In this document: positions 8,497 to 17,111 of the stretch, one piece after another
Numbering within the stretch: the stretch's first letter is position 1
Layout: every line of letters starts with the position of its first letter
From: a virus
Taxonomy: Duplodnaviria > Caudoviricetes
Length of the DNA: 64,000 bases
Direction: 5' to 3' (one strand)
IMG/VR virus record: IMGVR_UViG_3300037455_000245
Location: 41,229-105,228 of that record
The notes under the pieces: generated by a model
Databases searched by the model: none
What the model saw: only the letters and a program-made list of their open reading frames with translations
Told to the model about the DNA's origin: nothing
Translations under genes and position numbers: made by a program

Positions 8497-8560
8497 TGCA
8501 AGGTAAATGATGCTCGAATTCAATTTTAATTAACATGTCTAACTAAATCAAGAATTGCTT

Positions 8561-9106
8561 ATGACGAAATCAATTAAATTGAATGCATCGAATATTCTTA
8601 ACATTAAGAAGAAGATTGATAACGATATTACAAAGTATAGCCACATTATCCGTGAGGAGAATTTGATATCTAAGAAGGCTATTGAGGCTGGTAAGGGTTC
8701 AGGCTTTGATCTTAAAGCTCTGTATAATACTATCCAGCAGCTTCGTACTAAGCGTATTATGCTTAAGGGTATGATTCAGTATCTTAATATGGGTACTACT
8801 ACGTTTAATTACGAGGATTTTAAGAAGACAAACTATTATGCTATTTTCTCTGCTTGTGAGGCTAAGGAGGATATCACTTTGTTAAAGATGATTAAGACTC
8901 TGGACCCCAAGACTAAGGCTCAGAAGGGTAAGAAGACTCTTGCTATGAAGGAGACTTTCTCTAAAGAGAAGATTGCACAGCTGATACACGATCAGCAGCT
9001 TGAGGCCAACAAGTTTGACGCTATTCTGGCTAAGTTCAATACTGATACTAGCATCGAGATTGATGAGAGCAACAGTGATGACTTTAAGGAGTATATTACA
9101 GCGTAA
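8561..9106 (+). CDS. Hypothetical helical protein
   Basis: ORF 8555..9106; the ATG at 8561 follows an AT-rich leader. Confidence 0.82.
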   Translation: MTKSIKLNASNILNIKKKIDNDITKYSHIIREENLISKKAIEAGKGSGFDLKALYNTIQQLRTKRIMLKGMIQYLNMGTTTFNYEDFKKTNYYAIFSACEAKEDITLLKMIKTLDPKTKAQKGKKTLAMKETFSKEKIAQLIHDQQLEANKFDAILAKFNTDTSIEIDESNSDDFKEYITA

Positions 9107-9221
9107 TAAAAATTGGCAGGTTATAACAAAATAAGGGCGTCTAGACAGTTCGATGCTGTCAATAACCACAAATGGTGAGTTCCACACCTATAACATGTAA
9201 AACAATTAAATCATTATCAAA

Positions 9222-10142
9222 ATGTCACGAAAGAATTTTAAGGTAGACACTGCCGCAAACGGTCAGACTGCCAAACAAGATACAAAACACGCATTCAGCG
9301 AAATAAAGCGCGAACTTGGCGTAGTTGAGAAGACTAACGTTCCTACTGGAAAAGTCAAGAATACGGAAGATCGCCGTAAGGCACGTGAAGAATCATACAA
9401 ACAGTTCCGCGTGAACGCTCTCAAACGACGAGCGCAACGCATGGGCTTAACGGAAGAGCAGACGAAAGTAAAAATAGATCAGCTGCTCAAACAGATGGAT
9501 GAGCCCGCTACGTATAATATGATCGTAACGTATCATGTCAGCGACAAGGATATGCTTATCCAAGCTCTAAAGAAGGAGGATATAGTATGGAAGATTATGG
9601 TAAATCCTACTCGACGCTGTCAGGATGCATATTGCATCATAGAGGCAGACAAGGATGTACTCGATTATCTCCGTGGATTGAATATCCCGACGCTGAAGAT
9701 CTATCCGTATGTCAAGAAGAAGCCAGCTATAATAGAGGCTCTGTCAAGGAAGAAGAGTGATTACGTTGCTAAGAACAATGATAAGTCTAAGACTCCGAAG
9801 GGTATCCGCAATGCACGAAAGGCTATGATAGTAGCCGCTATGATCGAGCATCTTAAGGAACTCAAAGCTAATGGCGTCATCAAGCAGACAACCGCAAACA
9901 TGCTCAAGCGCACTTATGTAGCAATGCATAATGACCACAAACTTGCTGCCAAGTTGCAGAAAGAGGTGCGTACAAAGCATGAGCGTAAGTTGAAAAAGCA
10001 GGAAATGCTGCTCAAGAAGAAGCTCGAGAAACGCCGTCAGGAGGCCAAGAAGCGTAAGGCCGGTACAATTGTACCTATGAATGCTAAAAAGGCCTCAGAG
10101 AGCCCCAAAACAGCCTCTAAGACGCTCAAACAGGCCGCATAA
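9222..10142 (+). CDS. Very basic Lys/Arg-rich hypothetical protein (possible nucleic-acid binder)
   Basis: 306 aa with K/R-rich termini; ends ...KQAA. Confidence 0.82.
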   Translation: MSRKNFKVDTAANGQTAKQDTKHAFSEIKRELGVVEKTNVPTGKVKNTEDRRKAREESYKQFRVNALKRRAQRMGLTEEQTKVKIDQLLKQMDEPATYNMIVTYHVSDKDMLIQALKKEDIVWKIMVNPTRRCQDAYCIIEADKDVLDYLRGLNIPTLKIYPYVKKKPAIIEALSRKKSDYVAKNNDKSKTPKGIRNARKAMIVAAMIEHLKELKANGVIKQTTANMLKRTYVAMHNDHKLAAKLQKEVRTKHERKLKKQEMLLKKKLEKRRQEAKKRKAGTIVPMNAKKASESPKTASKTLKQAA

Positions 10143-10171
10143 CCTATGTTCAAATTAATATACAAATTGAT

Positions 10172-10960
10172 ATGGGACATAGCAGCATTCGTCCTAAGGT
10201 GCGTCGAAGAAAAGTAGCTGCCCTTGCAGCCTATAGCCGTAAGTTTACCGTTAGGAATAATACAATACACAAGCTAGGATTGAACTCTAAGAATGTTGTA
10301 GTAATGTTCAAGGAGATACCGACTGCTAGGTTTGATACTCCTATATTCGGTAAGATGTTTGAGATAGATAAAGACGGTCATTATCATCTGATTGAGCGTG
10401 AGTTTGATCCGACACCGATGCTGTTGAATCATAAGCAGCCGAAGCGACTTATGAAGTATAACAGAATTGATAAAGACGGTAATCAACGTAATGACTTTGT
10501 CAAGTTCTTCCCCAATTATCCATACAATCTTCCTAAGATGAACAAACAGGAGTATATGGAGAAGCTTGTACAGCATAAGTTGGCCAAGTGGGAGAAGAAA
10601 AATCCTAAGCCACAACAGGATCTGTTTGACAAAGTAGAAGACTGGGAACAGCGACGATTCCTAGCAGAACAACGATTCAGAGACTTCGTCGTCTCTGTCT
10701 ACGACCCTCTGACCCTCATAGGACGATTCGTCCTAGGCGCGGGTAACTCAGCTACCTATCAGGAAAAGAAGATAGCTGAGATAAAAGATATCAACGGAGA
10801 AGGACACATGGTCAACCATTTGTCAAAAAATTCAAAGTTGATGAAAAAGGCTCAGAAGATTACAAATCACACAAAGAATAAATATCCAAGTTTGGTAGCA
10901 TGTAATCTGAAAGACCACAAGAAGCAGCATGGCAGGATAATCTTGCCACAGGCTGCGTAA
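10172..10960 (+). CDS. Basic hypothetical protein
   Basis: 262 aa; ends ...PQAA. Confidence 0.8.
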   Translation: MGHSSIRPKVRRRKVAALAAYSRKFTVRNNTIHKLGLNSKNVVVMFKEIPTARFDTPIFGKMFEIDKDGHYHLIEREFDPTPMLLNHKQPKRLMKYNRIDKDGNQRNDFVKFFPNYPYNLPKMNKQEYMEKLVQHKLAKWEKKNPKPQQDLFDKVEDWEQRRFLAEQRFRDFVVSVYDPLTLIGRFVLGAGNSATYQEKKIAEIKDINGEGHMVNHLSKNSKLMKKAQKITNHTKNKYPSLVACNLKDHKKQHGRIILPQAA

Positions 10961-11053
10961 CCTATATGGGACCCCCACTACAGAGAATGTACTTCGTCAG
11001 CGAAACGGAGTGTACAGCGATTGCACGGTGGGGAACAATTAGACATGTGAAGT

Positions 11054-12928
11054 ATGATTATTAAGAACAAACTAGTCGTTGTTTACGACATAGAAGTATT
11101 TAGTAACTGCTTCCATTGCTGCTGTAAAGATACAGAAAGCGGAGACATCATAAAGTTTGAAATAAGTGAAAGAATCAATCAGCTCGAAGAGCTGGTTGAT
11201 TTCTTTTACTATAATTCGCAGGACAGAATGTTCTGTGGGTATAATAACAAACATTATGATGATGTTATCATAAATTATATGATAGACTATCATTACAAAA
11301 TGGCGCAACTGCCAGTTAGTAAGGTATGTCGTTCGCTATTCAATTTATCGCAGCTAATCGTCGATGATGAAATCGACGGAGTATCAACATTCAAACGATG
11401 GAAGTACGCTAATTACTTCTATTCAATGGATTTATTGACTATGATGTTTAGTCAGAAGTTACGTGTCGGCTTAAAAACGATGCAGGTAACGATGCACTAT
11501 AAAAATGTGCGGGAGTATGACGGCGACTTCAACAAACCAATAGCCGTCGAAGATATTGACGATATGATATCGTATAATATCAATGATGTAGAGTCTACTA
11601 CTCAGTTGTTAAACCAGCTGAAAGGGCAAATAGACTTACGTCTCTTCATAGAAGAGGAACACGGAATTGATTGCTTGTCAATGGATTCTGTTAAGATGGC
11701 AGAGACCTTCCTGTTGGAGAAATACTCCGAGAGGTCAGGTATTCCCAAAAATGTAATAAAGGAAATGAGATCTCCCATGGATTATATTCCGTTAAGAGAT
11801 GTTATTCTGCCATTTATATCCTACAAAAACCCAAAGTTACAGAGTCTCTTAGAAGAAATGAAGGAACAGGTAGTTTATTCTAAGGAACGAAAAGGCTACG
11901 AGAAGGAGTTCGTCCTCTCGAACGTGGTGTATTCTGTGGGAGTGGGAGGTATACATACCAAACACGACCCAAAGATATTCCTCCCAGCCGATGACGAGTT
12001 TATAGGGCACGCAGATGTGGCGTCGATGTACCCGTCTTTATTGATAGAATATCAGTTTGGACCTCGTCACTTGGGGAAACTATTTTGCGAGTTATTTGCC
12101 CAACTGAAAGCCGAAAGGCTAGAAGCAAAACATACAGGTCAGAAGATTAAGAACTTGTTCCTAAAGATTGTGCTAAACTCTCCTACTGGTAAAATGCAGC
12201 AGGAGGTATCGTGGATGTACGATCCGTTTAACGTTTTTAAGATAAGAATAAATGGTCAGTTAATCCTTCTTTTGCTCGTAGACAGGCTTTTAGAGCTTGG
12301 CTGTGAAATTATACAGTGCAACACCGACGGTGTCGTCTACAGGGCTAAAAAAGGCCTTAAATCGGCTATTTCAGATGCTATTACCGAAGTTGAAAAACTT
12401 ACGCGTCTAGAATTCGAATCTGATGAGTATGAAGCCTTCTATCAGTACGCTATCAATGACTACTTTGGTGTCTTGAAAGGCGGTGAGATAGAAGAAAAAG
12501 GTATGTTTATTACGAAGCGAGATGACAGGAGACTGGGCAAAGGTCTCGCACCTGTGGTTATACCAAAGGCAGTAATTGCATATTTCACAGAAGGAATTCC
12601 TATTGAACAATATATAAAATCTGATGGAGACATCAGAGACTTCTTAATGTCCCAACAAGTCGATAAGAAGTTTACTGTGCTGCACGGGGAAAATCGAGTA
12701 CAGCGCATTAATAGGTTTTACGCAAGTACAAATGGTGAATATCTGTTTAAACAAAAAGATGGAGAAAACCCAGAGAACATGTTAACAAAGTCAGGAGTAA
12801 CAATCTTGAACGAGTTATATGATACGACTGTAGAAGGTCGAAAGATCAACTATAGGTACTATATCAGCGAAGCCAAGAAGATTGTTTCTGACTTCACTGA
12901 ACAACAATTAGAACTATTCAATCTATGA
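11054..12928 (+). CDS. polB: Family B DNA polymerase with 3'-5' exonuclease
   Basis: Exo motifs YDIE, GYNNKHYD, YNINDV; polymerase motifs DVASMYPS, KIVLNSPTGK, NTDG. Confidence 0.95.
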   Translation: MIIKNKLVVVYDIEVFSNCFHCCCKDTESGDIIKFEISERINQLEELVDFFYYNSQDRMFCGYNNKHYDDVIINYMIDYHYKMAQLPVSKVCRSLFNLSQLIVDDEIDGVSTFKRWKYANYFYSMDLLTMMFSQKLRVGLKTMQVTMHYKNVREYDGDFNKPIAVEDIDDMISYNINDVESTTQLLNQLKGQIDLRLFIEEEHGIDCLSMDSVKMAETFLLEKYSERSGIPKNVIKEMRSPMDYIPLRDVILPFISYKNPKLQSLLEEMKEQVVYSKERKGYEKEFVLSNVVYSVGVGGIHTKHDPKIFLPADDEFIGHADVASMYPSLLIEYQFGPRHLGKLFCELFAQLKAERLEAKHTGQKIKNLFLKIVLNSPTGKMQQEVSWMYDPFNVFKIRINGQLILLLLVDRLLELGCEIIQCNTDGVVYRAKKGLKSAISDAITEVEKLTRLEFESDEYEAFYQYAINDYFGVLKGGEIEEKGMFITKRDDRRLGKGLAPVVIPKAVIAYFTEGIPIEQYIKSDGDIRDFLMSQQVDKKFTVLHGENRVQRINRFYASTNGEYLFKQKDGENPENMLTKSGVTILNELYDTTVEGRKINYRYYISEAKKIVSDFTEQQLELFNL

Positions 12929-13488
12929 TAATTGAATTAGACACAAAACTTCTGGATGAATTTCCAGATCTAACTATGAATCAGTATGTATTCCTAAGTA
13001 TGGTATTGGGTAAGAATCAACCAAAATATCAAGACGTCCGCAAAGTTGTCAGCCTTATAAGCGACGAAGAGATATCATACTTAGTTTCTCATGAACTAGT
13101 AACCGCGATCGAGAGCGGTGAGTCAATTACATATCAACCGACAGATAAGCTAATATCCTCGGTAAAGAAAGAGAAAGATTATTTCGATCTCTTTTACGAT
13201 ATGTACCCAGTGTATGTAATGAGATCAGATGGGAGTAAATCTTATCTGAGAGCCAATGTAAACAAGTGCCGTCATTTCTTTAACGCCAGGTGTGGGGGAA
13301 GTTCTGCAATGGCGGAGCACCTTATCAAATGCCTTGATTATGAAATATCTAAGCGCATGCGAGAAGGTAGTCTCAGTTATATGATGACTATGTGGAATTG
13401 GTTAACTCGTTCACAGTGGGAAGCGATTGAGGAAGAGATGCAGGATACAGATAAAAATGTAGCTTCTTATGGAACAGAACTTATCTAA
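12925..13488 (+). CDS. Hypothetical replication protein (possible helicase loader/initiator)
   Basis: Overlaps both the polymerase and helicase genes. FDLFYDMYP resembles the F..FW..YP motif of phage replication proteins. Confidence 0.6.
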   Translation: MIIELDTKLLDEFPDLTMNQYVFLSMVLGKNQPKYQDVRKVVSLISDEEISYLVSHELVTAIESGESITYQPTDKLISSVKKEKDYFDLFYDMYPVYVMRSDGSKSYLRANVNKCRHFFNARCGGSSAMAEHLIKCLDYEISKRMREGSLSYMMTMWNWLTRSQWEAIEEEMQDTDKNVASYGTELI

Positions 13489-14395
13489 CGTTGTACGTCC
13501 GATGAGTGTTGTGGCCCAAGAGACCATCAACTACATCAAAGGCAGAAGAGAGCATAAAATTGTTTCTCTTAGCACGAGATGGAAGAAGTTCAATAAGCAG
13601 TGTATGGGAGGTATTGAACCCAATACTGTATACACCATACCTGGCATCTCGGGTTCCGGTAAGTCTAGTTTTGCTAACTTACTATCTACTGATATCATAG
13701 ATCTTAATCCCTCAGAGGATATAATTGTGCTTAGCTTCTCGTTAGAGATGGTTGCATTTAGGCAAGTTGGAAGGACGCTTTCTAATAAGCTCAGGAAAAC
13801 GACTTCGACTCTGTATAGCTCGGAAACGAGCCTTGATGACCAAACGTTTGGTAGAGTCATTGGAGTATGCAATCAGCTAAAGGAGTATCCTATCTATTTT
13901 GTAGATAGTCCTACTACTCCCATGCAAGTTCAAGAGATTATATCTACATTCTATAACACGTATGTAAAAGGTACTGGTAAACACTTCGTGATATTCTATG
14001 ATCACGCATTGTTAACTAAACCCATCGGTTCTGTCTTGGAAACCATTGCCGAATTACAACGTGTCTTCATTCAGGTCAAGAAATTGCCCATGACGTCTGT
14101 CATACAGATAGCTCAAATGAATCGAAATATAGAGGCGCCTGAGAGGATTAATAACCCACTATCGCATTATCCTATGCGTAGTGATATTTCATCGTCCGAT
14201 GCGATTTTCCAGGCGTCCGATTACGTCCTGGTCATTCACAGACCTGAGATGTTGGGCATACAAGAATACGGTCCAAATCATTTACCTACACAAAACAAGG
14301 TGTATATTCACGTTCTTAAGAATAGGGATGCTGGTAAGCCTTGTATCCTTGAATTCGAGAATGACCTTATGTACAACAATCTCCTTGAATGTTAA
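13469..14395 (+). CDS. dnaB: DnaB-like superfamily 4 replicative helicase (ATPase domain only)
   Basis: Walker A GISGSGKSS, FSLEM, AQMNR, SSSDAIFQASD, KNR. Confidence 0.92.
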   Translation: MEQNLSNVVRPMSVVAQETINYIKGRREHKIVSLSTRWKKFNKQCMGGIEPNTVYTIPGISGSGKSSFANLLSTDIIDLNPSEDIIVLSFSLEMVAFRQVGRTLSNKLRKTTSTLYSSETSLDDQTFGRVIGVCNQLKEYPIYFVDSPTTPMQVQEIISTFYNTYVKGTGKHFVIFYDHALLTKPIGSVLETIAELQRVFIQVKKLPMTSVIQIAQMNRNIEAPERINNPLSHYPMRSDISSSDAIFQASDYVLVIHRPEMLGIQEYGPNHLPTQNKVYIHVLKNRDAGKPCILEFENDLMYNNLLEC

Positions 14396-14437
14396 TCTGT
14401 CGGACAAGTATTAACATTTTAAAAGAAAGGCTGAATT

Positions 14438-14962
14438 ATGACAAAGTATACTTTTTCTATCAACAATAGTAATATTAATAAGACTAATACCGGTTGTCCT
14501 TTTTGCAACAAGTGCAATACCTCTGCATATTATTCTGAGATGCTTACTGATCTCATTAATGCTGATATAGAGGAGAAGAATCCTTGGCTGTTTGGTTATA
14601 AGAACAACACTACCAATAAGCCCGGTACTATCGATATTAAGCTTACATCTCCCGGCACTACGTCGTTTGACGAGCTTGAGAATGCGTTCATTTATGGTGG
14701 TACGAAGTACTACTATAACAATGCTTATAACTTCCTGAAGGGTCTCGGTACTTGTATCAATTGCCCGTTCAAGAAGAATATTAAGTACAAGCTGAACGAT
14801 GGTACCTACTTTAAGATTACTGATGATTACATTCACATCAACGATGAGATGTACTTCTTTAATCTGATGGATGATGCTTTCTTCTATAATCTCAGCTGTC
14901 CGTTGAAGAAGACGATCGCTACGATTTATATCGCTGGTCTGAAGATTACTATTAAGAAATAA
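14438..14962 (+). CDS. Asn/Cys-rich hypothetical protein
   Basis: 174 aa; contains CPFCNKC, CINCPFKK and CPLKK. Confidence 0.75.
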   Translation: MTKYTFSINNSNINKTNTGCPFCNKCNTSAYYSEMLTDLINADIEEKNPWLFGYKNNTTNKPGTIDIKLTSPGTTSFDELENAFIYGGTKYYYNNAYNFLKGLGTCINCPFKKNIKYKLNDGTYFKITDDYIHINDEMYFFNLMDDAFFYNLSCPLKKTIATIYIAGLKITIKK

Positions 14963-14974
14963 TTTAGTATAAAT

Positions 14975-15721
14975 ATGAGCTTAGTACTACCTACACAACC
15001 GGTTCCTGCTACCTCGGTAAACCCACAGTACTTGATATTGTACGGTTTGCCTAAATCAGGCAAAACCTCATGTGTAGCTCAGATACCTAACAACCTTATA
15101 ATAGATCTTGAAGGTGGTTCCACCTTTATTGATGCGATGGCTGTACAAGCGCGCACAATAGAAGATCTAGGAAAGATTGCTCAGGCAATTCGAGCAAAGA
15201 ATGAGGAAGTTGGACACAACTTTTATAAACATATAACAATAGATAATGCAACACGTCTTGAAGATATTTGTATGTCTTATGCTTGCACTCTTTATCGACA
15301 AACGGAACTTGGAAAGAACTGGAAAGGTACCGATATCACCACTCTGGCAAAAGGTGCGGGTTATGGATACTTGCGCACCGCTGTAAAGAAGGTAATAGAT
15401 ATGTTCAAGGAATTGTGTGATGAATTCATACTTATAGGACATGTCAAAGATAGTATCACCAATAAGGATGGGCAAGAGGTTAATGCAAAAGAAATCGACC
15501 TCGTCGGAAAGCTTGGGAAGATCGTTTGCGGAATGGCTGACGCAGTCGGATACGTATACCGAAAGGACAATGAAACACATATTAGTTTCAAGTCTGGAGG
15601 AGACGGGACTATTATGGAGGCTCGTGCCAGACACATCGCAGGTAAAGATATTGTCATCGCTACTGGGAATGAAGACGGAAGTATAACAACATATTGGGAT
15701 AAAGTTTATAAACTTGAATAA
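14975..15721 (+). CDS. AAA-domain ATPase (AAA_24/Sak4-like)
   Basis: LYGLPKSGKTS Walker A, IIDLEGGS, ITIDNAT, ILIGH, ADAVGY; lies upstream of an SSB-like gene. Confidence 0.88.
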   Translation: MSLVLPTQPVPATSVNPQYLILYGLPKSGKTSCVAQIPNNLIIDLEGGSTFIDAMAVQARTIEDLGKIAQAIRAKNEEVGHNFYKHITIDNATRLEDICMSYACTLYRQTELGKNWKGTDITTLAKGAGYGYLRTAVKKVIDMFKELCDEFILIGHVKDSITNKDGQEVNAKEIDLVGKLGKIVCGMADAVGYVYRKDNETHISFKSGGDGTIMEARARHIAGKDIVIATGNEDGSITTYWDKVYKLE

Positions 15722-15723
15722 TC

Positions 15724-15909
15724 ATGAAGTATCGTGGTTCAATGATACATCTAAAAATAAACGGTGAGTATAAAAGTGCAAACCTTTATTTAGGTATAAA
15801 CTCTGTAAAAAGAGTAGGAAACGCGTTACGAGAGCTGAATAAACAATGCGATCCATCTGAATTTGTAGGATGGATAACATTGGGATTTAGTGATGATAAT
15901 AAAATCTAA
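15724..15909 (+). CDS. Small hypothetical protein
   Basis: 61-aa ORF that tightly fills the gap between two genes. Confidence 0.6.
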   Translation: MKYRGSMIHLKINGEYKSANLYLGINSVKRVGNALRELNKQCDPSEFVGWITLGFSDDNKI

Positions 15910-15915
15910 GGAACT

Positions 15916-16509
15916 ATGTATAGTACAAAAACAGCAACAACAAGCAATACGGAGTTTACAAGCTCCTATATGCCAGTAGGCATCAATGAAAACATCACTC
16001 TGAAAGAAGTAAACGTCAACAAATCGCCTCAAGGTCTTGACTTTCTGGAGATAATTTTCCAGAACAGTGAGGGTCAAACAGCAACTATGACTGAATGGAA
16101 GAACGAGAAGAATATGTGGATTAAGACCGATGAAGATTTACAGCGTCGAGATAATCAGCAGTTCGGACGTATTCTGCAGGTTATAGATGCAATTAAAGGT
16201 GGTCATAATGATTTCGAAGGTAATTCGTTTATCGAGATGATTACTTGGGCTAAGACGTGTCTTAATGACGGTGATAACGATCCTGTGCGTCTTAAAGTAA
16301 TTTATGACAAAAAGGGTTATACTACCGTATCTAAGAATGGTGTATTTATCGAGTCTATGGGTGTTGCAGAGTCGCAGATTAAGCTTTGGAAGAACGATCT
16401 TCTGGAGCGTCCCGTACAGGCTGACGTTGAGAAGCCTATCGACCCGCTCGCTGGTAACAGTGCTCCGGTGACTGCAGACTCTACAGGTGCTGACGACCTA
16501 CCTTTCTAA
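15916..16509 (+). CDS. Putative single-stranded DNA-binding protein
   Basis: C-terminal acidic DDLPF tail; located between the AAA ATPase and primase genes. Confidence 0.75.
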   Translation: MYSTKTATTSNTEFTSSYMPVGINENITLKEVNVNKSPQGLDFLEIIFQNSEGQTATMTEWKNEKNMWIKTDEDLQRRDNQQFGRILQVIDAIKGGHNDFEGNSFIEMITWAKTCLNDGDNDPVRLKVIYDKKGYTTVSKNGVFIESMGVAESQIKLWKNDLLERPVQADVEKPIDPLAGNSAPVTADSTGADDLPF

Positions 16510-16914
16510 TAATATAAACGATAGTTAGAAAGAGTTTAACTATTTAGACGCCATAACTATAGTGTCTTTATAGAAATAGTCAGTGGTGCTGACAACCAAT
16601 AAGAAGTATTCCAGAGGTATGACGGAAAAAGACGTGGCTCGCAGAGCTGAGAAACGAAACGTAATGGCACTCGTGTTGGGTGAAATTCCCATCTATCTCG
16701 TATAAAGAATCTAGTATGAGAAGCTAGCTTATAAAAGATCAGTGGTGGAGGACTGGAGGTCTAATAGTGCGACGTGAGTATCGGCAGATAGAAATATCGG
16801 GGACGCAACACACTATGGCAGCCAGCCCCTAACAATTAAACAATTTGAGGGTGGGAGGAGGAGCCTGGTCAGTGGAATGCTTTTAAAAGAGCCAGGGAGT
16901 AGAATTGTTTAAAC

Positions 16915-17095
16915 GGGTTTTTGGTGTAATGGTTGCATAGGCGGCTGATCTTAATTAGATAATCGTTCCACGTAAGTCTAATAAACTGTGGGTACATGGA
17001 AACTGTACAAATGAACTAGGTTTAGCCTAGAGAGGGTAACGTGAAAGCTAATAAGATGTAAATGCAGTCGGACAGGTTCGAATCCTGAAAACCCA
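16915..17095 (+). ncRNA. tRNA-like RNA with a ~115-nt structured insertion replacing the anticodon loop
   Basis: Acceptor GGGTTTT/AAAACCC+A, D arm GTGT-AATGGTT-GCAT, T arm CAGG-TTCGAAT-CCTG. Stem CGGCTG(16942)/CAGTCG(17065) encloses further helices. Confidence 0.75.
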
Positions 17096-17111
17096 CACAA
17101 AGCTTAAGCTT

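Noticed and set aside
16915-17095. Calling this element the amber suppressor tRNA or a canonical tmRNA
   Set aside because: No canonical 7-nt loop with a CTA anticodon can be formed, there is no G3:U70 pair, and it is far shorter than tmRNA. It is kept only as a tRNA-like RNA.
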